Source of the DNA: a virus
Reading direction: 5' to 3' (one strand)
DNA length: 64,000 nucleotides
Virus record (IMG/VR): IMGVR_UViG_3300043570_002257
Coordinates: 1-64,000 of that record
Position 1 is the first letter of the stretch. Every line of letters starts with the position of its first letter. Under the pieces are notes generated by a model. It searched no databases and was not told where the DNA came from. It worked only from the letters and a program-made list of their open reading frames with translations. Shown here in pieces: positions 36,810-46,983 of this stretch. A program made the position numbers and the translations under genes.

Positions 36810-37237
36810 TAACATTTTTATTAATAGTATTGGTATTGTACTTAGTTTCAATCCATAACACACTTCAAAAATTTAAAAAATAAACAATGACAAAAGAACT
36901 AAGATTGTGGTTAACATCTTTGTTAATCAAATGGGCTATGAATATATGTCCTGAAGGTAGTTTTAAAAGTGCACCTTATCTATTTGTAAAATACAACATA
37001 ACTAATTTAAAATAGTAATATTATGAATTTACATCAAGTTAAAGCAAATGAACAGTTTTTTAACACTATTTTAAATAGTGTTGATGAGTATGGAATTTGG
37101 TGTTGGAAAGATAAAAATCTTATCTATAAAAAAGTAGGTAACAAACTTACAGCCAACTCAGAAGATTTAGCATACATAAAAGAACTTGTTTCAAATGAAT
37201 ATTTTGAGAATAATTTTGTAACATCAACCTAAAAGAA

Positions 37238-37633
37238 ATGGAAGAAATAAAACAATTAGTTTACAACTCTGTGACTTGTCAAGAGTGTAATGAAACTATT
37301 GTAAGTTACAATAGACATGACTACAAAACATGTTCTTGTCCTAATGAAGCAATGGTAGATGGTGGCACTGACTATCTTAGGTATGGTGCAGCAGATATGA
37401 CAAAAATTAAAATCTTTGCTGTTTATACAGATGATGATTTTGAACTTGTACGCAAGTACGCTACACGTGGAGGAAGAGGTATTGATGGTAAACAACCATT
37501 AACTTATGTTCCTTTATGTGAAATGAATGATGACTGGTTAGAAGCTGTATTAGATTACGGTGGTGCTAACTGGCATGTTGATCTTATTAAAAAAGAAATT
37601 AAATACAGAAAAGACCATGGCAGAACTGCATGA
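37238..37633 (+). CDS. Zn-ribbon hypothetical protein
   Basis: CQECNETIVSYNRHDYKTCSC..VDGGTDYLR. Confidence 0.7.
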   Translation: MEEIKQLVYNSVTCQECNETIVSYNRHDYKTCSCPNEAMVDGGTDYLRYGAADMTKIKIFAVYTDDDFELVRKYATRGGRGIDGKQPLTYVPLCEMNDDWLEAVLDYGGANWHVDLIKKEIKYRKDHGRTA

Positions 37634-37849
37634 AACATTGATGGGAAGAAAACTTATTGAGCAAGTAATTCCAGATATTGCTGACAATCTTGCTAAGATT
37701 GCAACAGCAATGGAACAACAAACAAAAATCTTTACAGAAAGTGCTATCCAAGTATCTATTTGTTTCTATGAAGATGATGATGGCAAAAAAGTCTATGATA
37801 TTGATCATATGGAAGAAGAATTTTATCAAAAGTTAAAAGAACTTGAATC

Positions 37850-38296
37850 ATGAAAAAAGTATTAATTGGACATGTTGGTGTTGACTCAGGTCAGTTACTA
37901 TTATGTGATCCCTGCAACATTGATTCTCAATGGAAAGAAGAAGAGTTTATAGATATCAGAATCTATGAACATGTGACAACAAAAGAAAAGCTACAATATA
38001 GAGTAGACTTTCCTCATTATGAACAAGAAATACCAAAATATGGTAAAACAATGAATGAGTTGATTAGTACAGGTGAATGGAAACAATTTGACGTAAGTGA
38101 TTCAGCACAACATTCATTTAGTTACAACTCTTGTTGTCTTGCTACTTTGTCTGAAAAACGCAATGGTCAGTTACACAATGAATTTGGTCATGAAGTTGGA
38201 GTGGCTTTTTCAACAGCATGTGGTGATGGTGCGTATCCTGTATATGCAATGTATAGCAATGACGGAATTTTAAAATCTGTAACTGTAGAATTCTAA
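37850..38296 (+). CDS. Hypothetical protein
   Basis: GVDSGQLLLCDP..STACGDGAYPVYA motif pair. Confidence 0.7.
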   Translation: MKKVLIGHVGVDSGQLLLCDPCNIDSQWKEEEFIDIRIYEHVTTKEKLQYRVDFPHYEQEIPKYGKTMNELISTGEWKQFDVSDSAQHSFSYNSCCLATLSEKRNGQLHNEFGHEVGVAFSTACGDGAYPVYAMYSNDGILKSVTVEF

Positions 38297-38556
38297 CTTA
38301 TGAAAGATTTAAAAATAAACAAAAAACCATTCAGCGAAACAAAACATTATTCTGGTACTTACACTTGTGACTGTTCTCAGTGGGAAGATGAATTACAAGA
38401 AGATGTTTATGAATTTACTCTTATAGTAAACATTGACAATGAAAATGAATCAACATCAATAGAAGAAATCATATGGGTTGGTAAACAACCACGTGATTTA
38501 GATGGAGCTGAAGATTATGTAAAAGAAAACTTTTTTGAACTTATTAATTAATTATT

Positions 38557-38874
38557 ATGGAACCTTTAGATGAATTTTTAGAGAAAATAGATTCTCCAGT
38601 ACAACAAGAACTAATTGAAGAAAGATACAGATTTGCTCATCCATACATTGATCATGAAGGAAGAGAACAAACTTCTAGTGTAGAATTACATATAGACTTT
38701 GAAGCTCAAACTTTTAAAGTATATCCAGGTGATGGTAGAGGTGAATTTGGTTTTGTTTCAGGTTCTCACAGATTTAATATGTGGCTTGCAACTACAAAAT
38801 GTTTAACAGCTGCTATTGAATTTGCAGTAAAATCTTTAAATCTTGTAACAGATGAGTCATCCTTTACATCATAG
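38557..38874 (+). CDS. Hypothetical protein
   Basis: 105-aa ORF in a dense operon. Confidence 0.6.
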   Translation: MEPLDEFLEKIDSPVQQELIEERYRFAHPYIDHEGREQTSSVELHIDFEAQTFKVYPGDGRGEFGFVSGSHRFNMWLATTKCLTAAIEFAVKSLNLVTDESSFTS

Positions 38875-39250
38875 TATTTCAAGCCAAAAGAAATGGGGTG
38901 GGCATGTAGATGACTACTTGCCTATCCATAATTGGTTTGATGAAACTAAAATGCACTATCCTGATATGAGGCATAGAGCATTAAGACATCACTCAGAAGG
39001 AATCTTCTGGTGTGAACATGAATTTGGCACATATATCACTAACTCAGAAGGACGTATGGTTCCTGTAAGAGCAATTGGTGAACAACATTGTATGGAAGAC
39101 CTTGGTTGGATTCCAACAATTAAAGATTATCTAGATCACATGGAGGTTCAAGGTTGGATGTTTAAACCAGGTGATGGAAGAAAAATGTTAAAAGAAATGT
39201 CAAAAGACAAATCTGATTTTGTAAAAAAAGATAAATCAAAAGAATCATGA
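38852..39250 (+). CDS. His-rich conserved hypothetical protein (recalled as DUF6915-like)
   Basis: HPLHHS.SS.KKWGG..DYLPIHNWFD..HRALRHHSEG..GEQHCMED; family name unverified. Confidence 0.7.
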   Translation: MSHPLHHSISSQKKWGGHVDDYLPIHNWFDETKMHYPDMRHRALRHHSEGIFWCEHEFGTYITNSEGRMVPVRAIGEQHCMEDLGWIPTIKDYLDHMEVQGWMFKPGDGRKMLKEMSKDKSDFVKKDKSKES

Positions 39251-39933
39251 GTGAAGAAAAAGAAATCACAATCAAACAAATCCTTGACTGGTGTTTAAAG
39301 AAAACACAAGAAGGTTCTGAAGTTATCCTAAAATGGGATGGTGGAGGAGATTCAGGATGGGTTCATCTTGAAGTAGATGAAGAAGACAGTAGTGATCCTG
39401 AAGCAGAAAAGCTTATAGACATGATGTATGACCAACTTGACTATGGTTCATGGGCTGGTGAATTCTCTGCATCTGGTGAAGCTTCGTTTGATCCTGAAAC
39501 ACAAATGTTTCAAGGTACTGACTATTACACAGAAAATGATTCACAAAGTGTAGAAACAAATATTGAAATTAGAATTCCAAAACACATTCATTTTAGTGAT
39601 TTAGAAATTCATACAGAAGATCTAGACTGTACTGTTACTGTTACTTTTGGTATTAGAAATGGTTTTGACCATCCTGATGCAAAAGATTTAGCTACACAAT
39701 TAGAAGAAAGACTTTCAACAGAATTTATAGAAGCTGCTAAGGATGACGTAGATGATGAAAGTAATATTGAAGGATTCTATGAAACATATAATTTATTTAG
39801 ATCTGATTTTACAGAAGACGGTGATGACCTTGTATATATTATGAAAGAAATATTATATAATAAAAGTTTTACCACTGAAAACTATGTAGAGATTAATTTA
39901 CAAGAACTTTTAGAAGAAGAAGAAGCTGAATAA
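39247..39933 (+). CDS. Highly acidic protein with a WDGGGDSG motif
   Basis: 228 aa, ATGA overlap with the previous gene. Confidence 0.7.
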   Translation: MSEEKEITIKQILDWCLKKTQEGSEVILKWDGGGDSGWVHLEVDEEDSSDPEAEKLIDMMYDQLDYGSWAGEFSASGEASFDPETQMFQGTDYYTENDSQSVETNIEIRIPKHIHFSDLEIHTEDLDCTVTVTFGIRNGFDHPDAKDLATQLEERLSTEFIEAAKDDVDDESNIEGFYETYNLFRSDFTEDGDDLVYIMKEILYNKSFTTENYVEINLQELLEEEEAE

Positions 39934-39935
39934 CC

Positions 39936-40637
39936 ATGAACTATCAAGAACTAAAGTACACAGTAGAGAACCAATCTGGTGTCTCTTATGAAAATGCATT
40001 GATTCTATGGAAAACAATGTACAAAGACTTCAATGATTTTTTGACAAATGTAATCATTTATGATTCTATGAAAGATTTTGGTGATCATTGTGCATCAGTC
40101 TGGAAAAACGTAGAAGTTGCAACAGCTCAAGATGCTTTTAGCCAAGAAAATCTAGAAATACGTAGGTTATTCTTCAGAGCTATTGGTATTGAAAAAATGT
40201 TTCAAGAACTTGACCCTGAACTTATTGCTGAAGAAACTATTGTATTTAACAATTCTGTTTGGAATGATAAAGACAAAAGTATGGATGTAAAAATTATTCA
40301 TGATAAGTATGAATTATACAAAATCAAAGGTGATAAGTTATTTCCAGAAGAAAAGTCTGAATGGCGTAGAGCTAATGCAGATATCTATGCTGTACGTTGC
40401 TGGTGTACAACCACAGGACGTGAGTATTGGATTTATGTACCAAAAAATGTTGGTGAAAAGAAAGATGCAATTGAAGCAATTGCTTGGACTTTTCAGTTAA
40501 ACATCTCTGACCCTGAAGCATTGTATCGTCAAGGTGATATCATTATTGCTCAAGCAGGTGTTAATTCAAAAGAATTATCGCGTCCTTATCATTTGGATAA
40601 AGATACATACTTAAAACTTTTAAAAGTACAATCATAA
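39936..40637 (+). CDS. Conserved hypothetical protein (NLEIRR / CTTTGREY / AIAWTF / RQGD motifs)
   Basis: 233 aa; motifs read from the translation. Confidence 0.7.
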   Translation: MNYQELKYTVENQSGVSYENALILWKTMYKDFNDFLTNVIIYDSMKDFGDHCASVWKNVEVATAQDAFSQENLEIRRLFFRAIGIEKMFQELDPELIAEETIVFNNSVWNDKDKSMDVKIIHDKYELYKIKGDKLFPEEKSEWRRANADIYAVRCWCTTTGREYWIYVPKNVGEKKDAIEAIAWTFQLNISDPEALYRQGDIIIAQAGVNSKELSRPYHLDKDTYLKLLKVQS

Positions 40638-40882
40638 TGGCAAAAACAAATTGTCATGACTGCATTCACTCAAGAAGTAATTCATTCATGAACTCTGCAC
40701 ACATACACTGTGCTATGTACTGGAAGTATTATAAGAAAAACAAATCATCTCATCCTAAAGGTACAGAACATGCTGTAAAAAATGGATGGTGGGATTTTCC
40801 TTATGATTTTGACCCAGTATGGATGACAGAAGACTGTAGAGAGTATAAAGAAAAAGAACAAGTACCTGAATCAAAATTGTAA
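40637..40882 (+). CDS. Small Cys/His protein
   Basis: CHDCIH..AHIHC..GWWDFPYDFDPVW..C. Confidence 0.65.
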   Translation: MAKTNCHDCIHSRSNSFMNSAHIHCAMYWKYYKKNKSSHPKGTEHAVKNGWWDFPYDFDPVWMTEDCREYKEKEQVPESKL

Positions 40883-40883
40883 C

Positions 40884-41135
40884 ATGAAAACAAAATCAGC
40901 AAAACGTGTGGTATTAGCCACAGGAGAAGGAGCAAATACTCATGCTATATCAAGCAATGAGCGTATAATCTATGAAGATTTGGGAAACCAAACTTTAAAA
41001 CTTATATTAGCAGAAAAAGCTTTGATAACACATGAAGAGCATGGTCCAATCATGCTCAATCCTGGTTTTTATTATAAGACAAATCAAGTGGAGTTCAATC
41101 CATTTAATAATACAGTTTCTTACGTTTTTGACTAA
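40884..41135 (+). CDS. Small GE..H/HEEH protein
   Basis: LATGEGANTHAI..ITHEEHGPIMLNPGFY..QVEFNPF. Confidence 0.7.
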   Translation: MKTKSAKRVVLATGEGANTHAISSNERIIYEDLGNQTLKLILAEKALITHEEHGPIMLNPGFYYKTNQVEFNPFNNTVSYVFD

Positions 41136-41246
41136 GAAATTGTGAAAAATTCACAAAAACAAGGGTTTAAGGTTGCAATTTGTGATCTTAGACCTTGTTT
41201 TGTGTATTAAAATATTTTTTGTAATATTGCATTTAAAACCAAACTA

Positions 41247-41822
41247 ATGAAAAACTGGACAATCTTTCCAGGTAGAAAATACAATTACATTCATACAATG
41301 AACATTACCATTGATGATATAAGAGCTGTATTTTTTCCTAAAACTTTCTCTGAGAAATATAGTTATCTTGGTTTAATACCAGGATGGAAAAAGAATGAAG
41401 CTATGACAATGCTCAAGGCCCTTGTTATTGCAATGGACTATGAAGCAAAACCTTGGTGGTGTCCAAGATGGTTTTTGCGTTTCTTAAACTTATTTGGTTC
41501 TGATAATTCTATTGTTAGAGTTAGAAATAGACGTCTTCACAATCTTGAAAAGAAACTTACAAAAGGTATTATGATGTGGGACCACAAAACAAAGTGGACG
41601 CATTATGACTTAAGAATTAGTATATCAGCTCCAAGATATCTTCAAGATTTAGCTGATGCTATTGAGTACAAAGTGTATAGTCTTGGTAGACAAGATGAAC
41701 TTGTTGAAGAGATTCTTTCTTTAGACCCAAATGCTTCAATAATAAGAGGTAGTGCTACAAGACTGGGAGAACAACTAATTGAATTAAAAAAATCTTTAAA
41801 CTTATATATACATGAAGATTGA
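41247..41822 (+). CDS. Hypothetical protein
   Basis: 191-aa ORF. Confidence 0.65.
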   Translation: MKNWTIFPGRKYNYIHTMNITIDDIRAVFFPKTFSEKYSYLGLIPGWKKNEAMTMLKALVIAMDYEAKPWWCPRWFLRFLNLFGSDNSIVRVRNRRLHNLEKKLTKGIMMWDHKTKWTHYDLRISISAPRYLQDLADAIEYKVYSLGRQDELVEEILSLDPNASIIRGSATRLGEQLIELKKSLNLYIHED

Positions 41823-42167
41823 AATTACAATGACAGAACTTTTACTCATAGTTGATATGATTAAAAATGGTGTTGAAAAAACTGAACCAAGTACTTCAGA
41901 TGAAGACTTTTTAAATAACTATGTTGCTGAAAAAAAACCAGAACAAAATGACACATTTTGACACTCCTCCTCCAATAATTCTTACTATAAAACATTATGG
42001 TAAAACACTTACTGCTGAACTTCCATGGGATTCACCATTAGATGATGTCTATTTAGCAATACAAGGATTACTTGTAGCTGATGGTTTTCACAATGATGGT
42101 ATTGAAAATTTCATTATTGAACAAGGAGAAGAACTTAAAGAACTAAAACACAAAAATAAAGAATATT

Positions 42168-42590
42168 ATGAAAGTGAAGATTAAACTCTTAAATAAAAAT
42201 GCTGTAGTTCCAGTTTATGCAAAACCAGGTGATGCTGGGTTAGACCTTGTTGCTACACACATTATTAGTTATGACAAAGAACAAGTAGTATATGGAACTG
42301 GACTTGCAATAGAGATACCAGAAGGATATGTAGGACTTGTATTTCCACGCAGCTCAATACGTAAGTATGAACAATACCTCAGCAATTCTGTTGGTGTTAT
42401 TGATTCAGGATACCGTGGAGAAATTCAAGCAACTTTTAACTCACGTTTTTACGCAGATGTAAAATACAAAGCAGGTGAAAAGATTGCACAATTAATTATA
42501 ATGCCTTATCCTCAAATTGAGTTTGAAGAAGTTACTGAACTATCAGAAACTGAAAGAGCTGATGGAGGTCATGGTTCAACAGGTAAATAA
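42168..42590 (+). CDS. dut: dUTPase (trimeric)
   Basis: GDAGLDL, PRSS, GVIDSGYRGEI, IAQLI, RADGGHGSTG. Confidence 0.95.
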   Translation: MKVKIKLLNKNAVVPVYAKPGDAGLDLVATHIISYDKEQVVYGTGLAIEIPEGYVGLVFPRSSIRKYEQYLSNSVGVIDSGYRGEIQATFNSRFYADVKYKAGEKIAQLIIMPYPQIEFEEVTELSETERADGGHGSTGK

Positions 42591-42749
42591 TATGACTTTT
42601 AAACTATATTTAGAATTTAACTCAAGAAGATTTGGATTTGCTTTAATACATGAGAAGCAATTTGTTTCTTCTGAATTTAAACATAAGTTGTTTATACATT
42701 TCTTATGGTTTGAAATTGGAGTTAAATTTCTACAGTAAAACTTTTATTT

Positions 42750-43118
42750 ATGATTGTAAATAAAAACAGTGGTCAGGTTATAATAATTGGACCATATGGT
42801 AGTGTATTTCTATATACACATGATACAGCAGATACACTTATCAAAGATGTACATGACGCATTGAAAGTAGGTACAAGATGGAATGATCCTGATTACTTAT
42901 CTAAAATGATTTTCTGTAGAATGTTACCTATAGAATGTTGGTTAGAAGACAAAGGTTTTGGAATTGGTACTCAAATGTACAATGACGTAAACCTACTTAT
43001 ATCAGTTAACACTATCAATCAGACTATAACAATCCATTCTATGGAAGATAAATATAACAAAACTTTGCTTACTTTTCAAGAATTTGTTGACTCTTATGCC
43101 AACAATGCCAGTTTATAA
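42750..43118 (+). CDS. Hypothetical protein
   Basis: VFLYTH..RWNDPDYLSKMIF. Confidence 0.65.
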   Translation: MIVNKNSGQVIIIGPYGSVFLYTHDTADTLIKDVHDALKVGTRWNDPDYLSKMIFCRMLPIECWLEDKGFGIGTQMYNDVNLLISVNTINQTITIHSMEDKYNKTLLTFQEFVDSYANNASL

Positions 43119-43229
43119 TAAAATCATAGCAATATAGTACAGTTATAATTTTAAATGCGTATATTTACATATTCAATGTTCTGAGAATAATAGTATTTTA
43201 GTGCCAGAATATAAAACACTGAAACTCAA

Positions 43230-43520
43230 ATGCTATATCAATTGCCAAATGGTAAATGTATAGAAATCTCAATAGAGCAATACTTGAGAATGACAGATGA
43301 TGAATTGACCATGTATGTGGCTTTCAACTATGGTGAAGAAATTAATGATCCTTTTGCTTTAAGCGTTTTGAAATATGGAAACGTCACAGAAAAAGAAGAA
43401 ATTATTGATGAAGACTCAATCACAGTAGAAGAAGAATACATTGAAGATTTAACAGATGTTCTTCCTGAAGAAAAACTTTATGATGATGAATACATTGACT
43501 ACGACAACTTAGAACAGTAA
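43230..43520 (+). CDS. Small very acidic protein
   Basis: 96 aa, D/E-rich C-terminal half. Confidence 0.7.
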   Translation: MLYQLPNGKCIEISIEQYLRMTDDELTMYVAFNYGEEINDPFALSVLKYGNVTEKEEIIDEDSITVEEEYIEDLTDVLPEEKLYDDEYIDYDNLEQ

Positions 43521-43535
43521 CCTTATTAGATAAGA

Positions 43536-43952
43536 ATGCTGCAATCAAAATTAAAAACATGCTCAGCTTGTGGTGAAGACAAAGTAATATGGAAAAATCA
43601 TGAGGGTGAAAAGTTCTGCAAAGACTGCTGGAACAGAAAATCACCTGTGAAATTTCCTAAGAAGACAGGAATATTAAAACTGACTTCTGATAAAAGAAAA
43701 CCTTTGGATTTACTTTACACAAAAATGAGGAAGGACTTCTTGTCTAAATCTGAAAACGCTACATGTTTTGCTAAACTTCCTGGATGCCTTAATTCCATGG
43801 CTGAAAATCTCACAATACATCACACAAAAGGACGTGGAAGATACTATCTTGATAGTACCACATGGATTCCTTTGTGTATGACATGTCATCAATGGGTAGA
43901 AGAGCACCCTGCACAAGCAAAAGAACTCAATTTATCACAATCTAGATTATAA
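43536..43952 (+). CDS. Zn-finger/HNH-like protein
   Basis: CSAC..CKDC; TIHHTKGRG..PLCMTCHQWVEEHP. Confidence 0.7.
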   Translation: MLQSKLKTCSACGEDKVIWKNHEGEKFCKDCWNRKSPVKFPKKTGILKLTSDKRKPLDLLYTKMRKDFLSKSENATCFAKLPGCLNSMAENLTIHHTKGRGRYYLDSTTWIPLCMTCHQWVEEHPAQAKELNLSQSRL

Positions 43953-43962
43953 AAAGAAAAAA

Positions 43963-44280
43963 ATGAAAAAATTCATTGGTTATTACATTATTGGTGCAAA
44001 CACAAAAGAAGATGCACAAAATGAAAAAGGTTTAATGCTTTGGTCTCCAAATAAACCAAATGCACTTAAACGTTTGTTGAATGAAATGTTGTTGGGTATC
44101 TACTGGGTAGACAAAGACAGAGTTGTTGGTGGACAAGAAAAAGGTAAAACTATGCAATCTGAAGGTCAACCTGTAGAACTTGCAAAAGTTAAAGATGTTC
44201 CTGTAGCAGAAAAACCTAAAGTAAAAGAAGCTCCAAGAAAGCCTCGTCAAACTCCAAGGGTTAATCCTTCAAAGAACTAA
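43963..44280 (+). CDS. Hypothetical protein
   Basis: 105-aa ORF. Confidence 0.6.
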   Translation: MKKFIGYYIIGANTKEDAQNEKGLMLWSPNKPNALKRLLNEMLLGIYWVDKDRVVGGQEKGKTMQSEGQPVELAKVKDVPVAEKPKVKEAPRKPRQTPRVNPSKN

Positions 44281-44290
44281 ACACAAAGAA

Positions 44291-45406
44291 ATGGACAACT
44301 CACTTGAATTAAATAAAAGAGAGTTGATTCAACAGGAAGCCCTGACTGCATCTACCACCCATTATAGATGTGGTCTGGGTATTTCCATGGGTGTAGGTAA
44401 AACCTTAATTGGTTTACGTCACATGGAAAAAGAGTTTCCAAGTTTAAAAACTAAATTTCTGGTAGTAGCTCCAAAAGTTTCAATCTTTGAAAGCTGGAAA
44501 GATGATGCTAAAAAGTTTGGACTAGAATACTTGTTGGATCATATTGACTTCACAACGTACATATCATTAAGTAAAAAAACAAGAGAATATGATGTCATCT
44601 ATTTAGATGAGTGTCATAGTCTGTTATTTACTCATGATTATTATTTGGCTACATACACAGGTAAGATTCTTGGTTTAAGTGGTACTCCACCACGTTACAA
44701 GAACTCTGAAAAAGGTGAGATGGTTAATAGGTATTGTCCTATTGTCTACACTTACATTACAGATGACGCAGTAGAAGATAAAATTCTTAATGACTACAAA
44801 ATCATTGTTCACAGATTACCATTATCAAATGCTAAAACTCATAAGGTATCAACCAAAAAAGGTGGATTCTTTATGACTTCTGAATCTCAGAACTATGATT
44901 ATTGGTGTGGAAGACTTAATAGTGCAGCAAATCCTGCACAAACTAAAATCTTTAGAATTATGAGAATGCAGGCATTAATGCAATTTGGTTCTAAAGAAAA
45001 GTATGCCAGACAATTGTTAAACATGATGGATGACAAATGTCTTGTCTTCTGCAATACAACTGATCAAGCTGATAGAATTTCTGTACATAGTTATCATAGT
45101 AAGAATTCTAAAAGTGAAGAAAAATTGCTTGCATTTAAAGATGGTGAGATAGATGAACTTACATGTGTTCAACAATTGAATGAAGGTATTAACATTCCAA
45201 ACTTAAAGTATGGTATTATACTACATGCATATTCTAATGAAAGAAAAGCTAGTCAAAGAATAGGACGTTTATTGCGTTTGAATCCTGATGATAAAGCAAT
45301 CATTCATATACTTATGTATGGTAATACTGTAGATGAAGGCTGGGTTCAAGATGCATTAAGAGATTTAGACTCTGAAAAAATTATTTACACAGATCCTGTT
45401 TGTTAA
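44291..45406 (+). CDS. Superfamily 2 helicase
   Basis: MGVGKT, LDECH, LSGTP, LNEGINIP, QRIGRLLR. Confidence 0.9.
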   Translation: MDNSLELNKRELIQQEALTASTTHYRCGLGISMGVGKTLIGLRHMEKEFPSLKTKFLVVAPKVSIFESWKDDAKKFGLEYLLDHIDFTTYISLSKKTREYDVIYLDECHSLLFTHDYYLATYTGKILGLSGTPPRYKNSEKGEMVNRYCPIVYTYITDDAVEDKILNDYKIIVHRLPLSNAKTHKVSTKKGGFFMTSESQNYDYWCGRLNSAANPAQTKIFRIMRMQALMQFGSKEKYARQLLNMMDDKCLVFCNTTDQADRISVHSYHSKNSKSEEKLLAFKDGEIDELTCVQQLNEGINIPNLKYGIILHAYSNERKASQRIGRLLRLNPDDKAIIHILMYGNTVDEGWVQDALRDLDSEKIIYTDPVC

Positions 45407-45409
45407 ATT

Positions 45410-45802
45410 ATGCACAACACAATAGTTAAATTCACAAAAAAAGATGGACAACTTGTTCCTGCTTCAGAAGCTGATGCTGGAAAACTAAAACTTTTTGCAA
45501 TGTCTTTGAAAGAAGGCACTGAATTAGAAGTTTACATGTCCATGACAAACAACGTTGACAAAACTGCTGGACAACTTGCAAAAGTCCATGCGTTAATTAG
45601 AGAACTTGCAAGCTACACTGGTCACACCTTTGATGAAATCAAATTTGTTATAAAAGACAAAGCTGGTCTGTATAATATTACAGGAACCAGCTCATCTGAC
45701 AAACAATTAAAAAGTTTTGGTGATTGTTCTAAGGAAGAATTATCTACAGCCATTGAAACCTGCATTGAAGTAGGTCACATGTTTGGTTGTAACTTATATT
45801 AA
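45410..45802 (+). CDS. NinB/Orf-like protein (tentative)
   Basis: QLAKVHALIRELA.YTGHTFDEIK..KSFGDCSKEELS.AIE. Confidence 0.5.
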   Translation: MHNTIVKFTKKDGQLVPASEADAGKLKLFAMSLKEGTELEVYMSMTNNVDKTAGQLAKVHALIRELASYTGHTFDEIKFVIKDKAGLYNITGTSSSDKQLKSFGDCSKEELSTAIETCIEVGHMFGCNLY

Positions 45803-46137
45803 TCTTCAGATTCACCAATTAGTTTTTGTGCTTCTTCTAAAGTTACTTTTTGAACAAATCCTTGTTCTTGTGCTTTAGATTCAAATTCTCTACAAAGAAT
45901 TAAGATTGTCTCATACTGACTAACCCATTCCTCTGTAATGTTTTGGTCTTTAATTTGTGTATGAGCATTCTGCATTTCTTCTGCAGATTTACCTTGTACA
46001 AAAAAAGCAACAATTGCTTGAATTCTTTGATAGTACCCTGTACTTATCTTAATTTCAACAATTGCACTTGGCATAATAACTTCAACCGTTGACGGTTGGT
46101 TTTCTGCACTTTCATTAGTTTGATTTACTTCAGACAT
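45799..46137 (-). CDS. Hypothetical protein, lone minus-strand gene with its own host-type promoter
   Basis: Likely start ATG at 46137; TATTTTTG box at 46165-46158. Confidence 0.65.
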   Translation of the reverse strand: MSEVNQTNESAENQPSTVEVIMPSAIVEIKISTGYYQRIQAIVAFFVQGKSAEEMQNAHTQIKDQNITEEWVSQYETILILCREFESKAQEQGFVQKVTLEEAQKLIGESED

Positions 46138-46192
46138 GTCGTGTAGTTTAATTTCAACAAAAATAAACAAATAATTTAAAGTTTCAAAAAAA

Positions 46193-46918
46193 ATGACAGA
46201 AAAAATTGCTATTCATCCAAAAGACATCAGTTTAAAGTTAGCAGACCTATTGAAAGAATCAGGTTGGCACAATGTCCTTAAAGGATTTTTGCTATCTGAA
46301 GACTTTGATAAAATTATTTTTGCTTTAAAAGACCAAGTGGACAACGACAAACGTTTTACACCTCCTTTGAAGCAAGTATTCAGATCCTTTCAAGAATGTC
46401 CTACAGATGACTTAAAAGTGGTATTCATAGGGCAAGATCCCTATCCTCAAATGAATGTGGCAGATGGTATCTCTTTTTCTTGTGGTAACACCATGAAAAA
46501 AGAAGCATCACTGCGTTATATTCATAATGCAATTGCAAAAACTGTTTACAATGACAAAGTTCTAGCAAAAGATTTATCTGCAGACTTAACCCCATGGGCT
46601 AATCAAGGTATTCTTATGCTAAATACTTCTCTTACAACAGAAATTGGCAAAATTGGCAAACATTTTAGTATTTGGGAACCATTTACTAACTATGTACTTG
46701 ACATGATTAACTCTATGGACAAGTCAATTATTTTTGTCTTTCTAGGTAAAAAAGCTCAGGAATATGAAGATCTTATTTCTGACAAACATGTTAAACTTTA
46801 TGCGTCACACCCAGCATCTGCTGCGTATCAAAAACAACAAGAGTGGGATTGTAATGATGTTTTCAATAAGATAAATGAAAAACTTACAGAAAATAATCAA
46901 AAAATTATTGCATGGTAG
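46193..46918 (+). CDS. ung: Uracil-DNA glycosylase (family 1)
   Basis: VVFIGQDPYP, ADGISFS, WANQGILMLN, SHPAS. Confidence 0.95.
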   Translation: MTEKIAIHPKDISLKLADLLKESGWHNVLKGFLLSEDFDKIIFALKDQVDNDKRFTPPLKQVFRSFQECPTDDLKVVFIGQDPYPQMNVADGISFSCGNTMKKEASLRYIHNAIAKTVYNDKVLAKDLSADLTPWANQGILMLNTSLTTEIGKIGKHFSIWEPFTNYVLDMINSMDKSIIFVFLGKKAQEYEDLISDKHVKLYASHPASAAYQKQQEWDCNDVFNKINEKLTENNQKIIAW

Positions 46919-46983
46919 TTTGAAGTTACAAAATTTATTTTTATATTTGTAATCACAATCGCAACGCAAAAACGCAAACGTAC

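Noticed and set aside
42168-46918. Uracil- or hypermodified-base genome
   Set aside because: dUTPase plus an intact UDG indicates uracil exclusion, and no base-modification genes were recognised.
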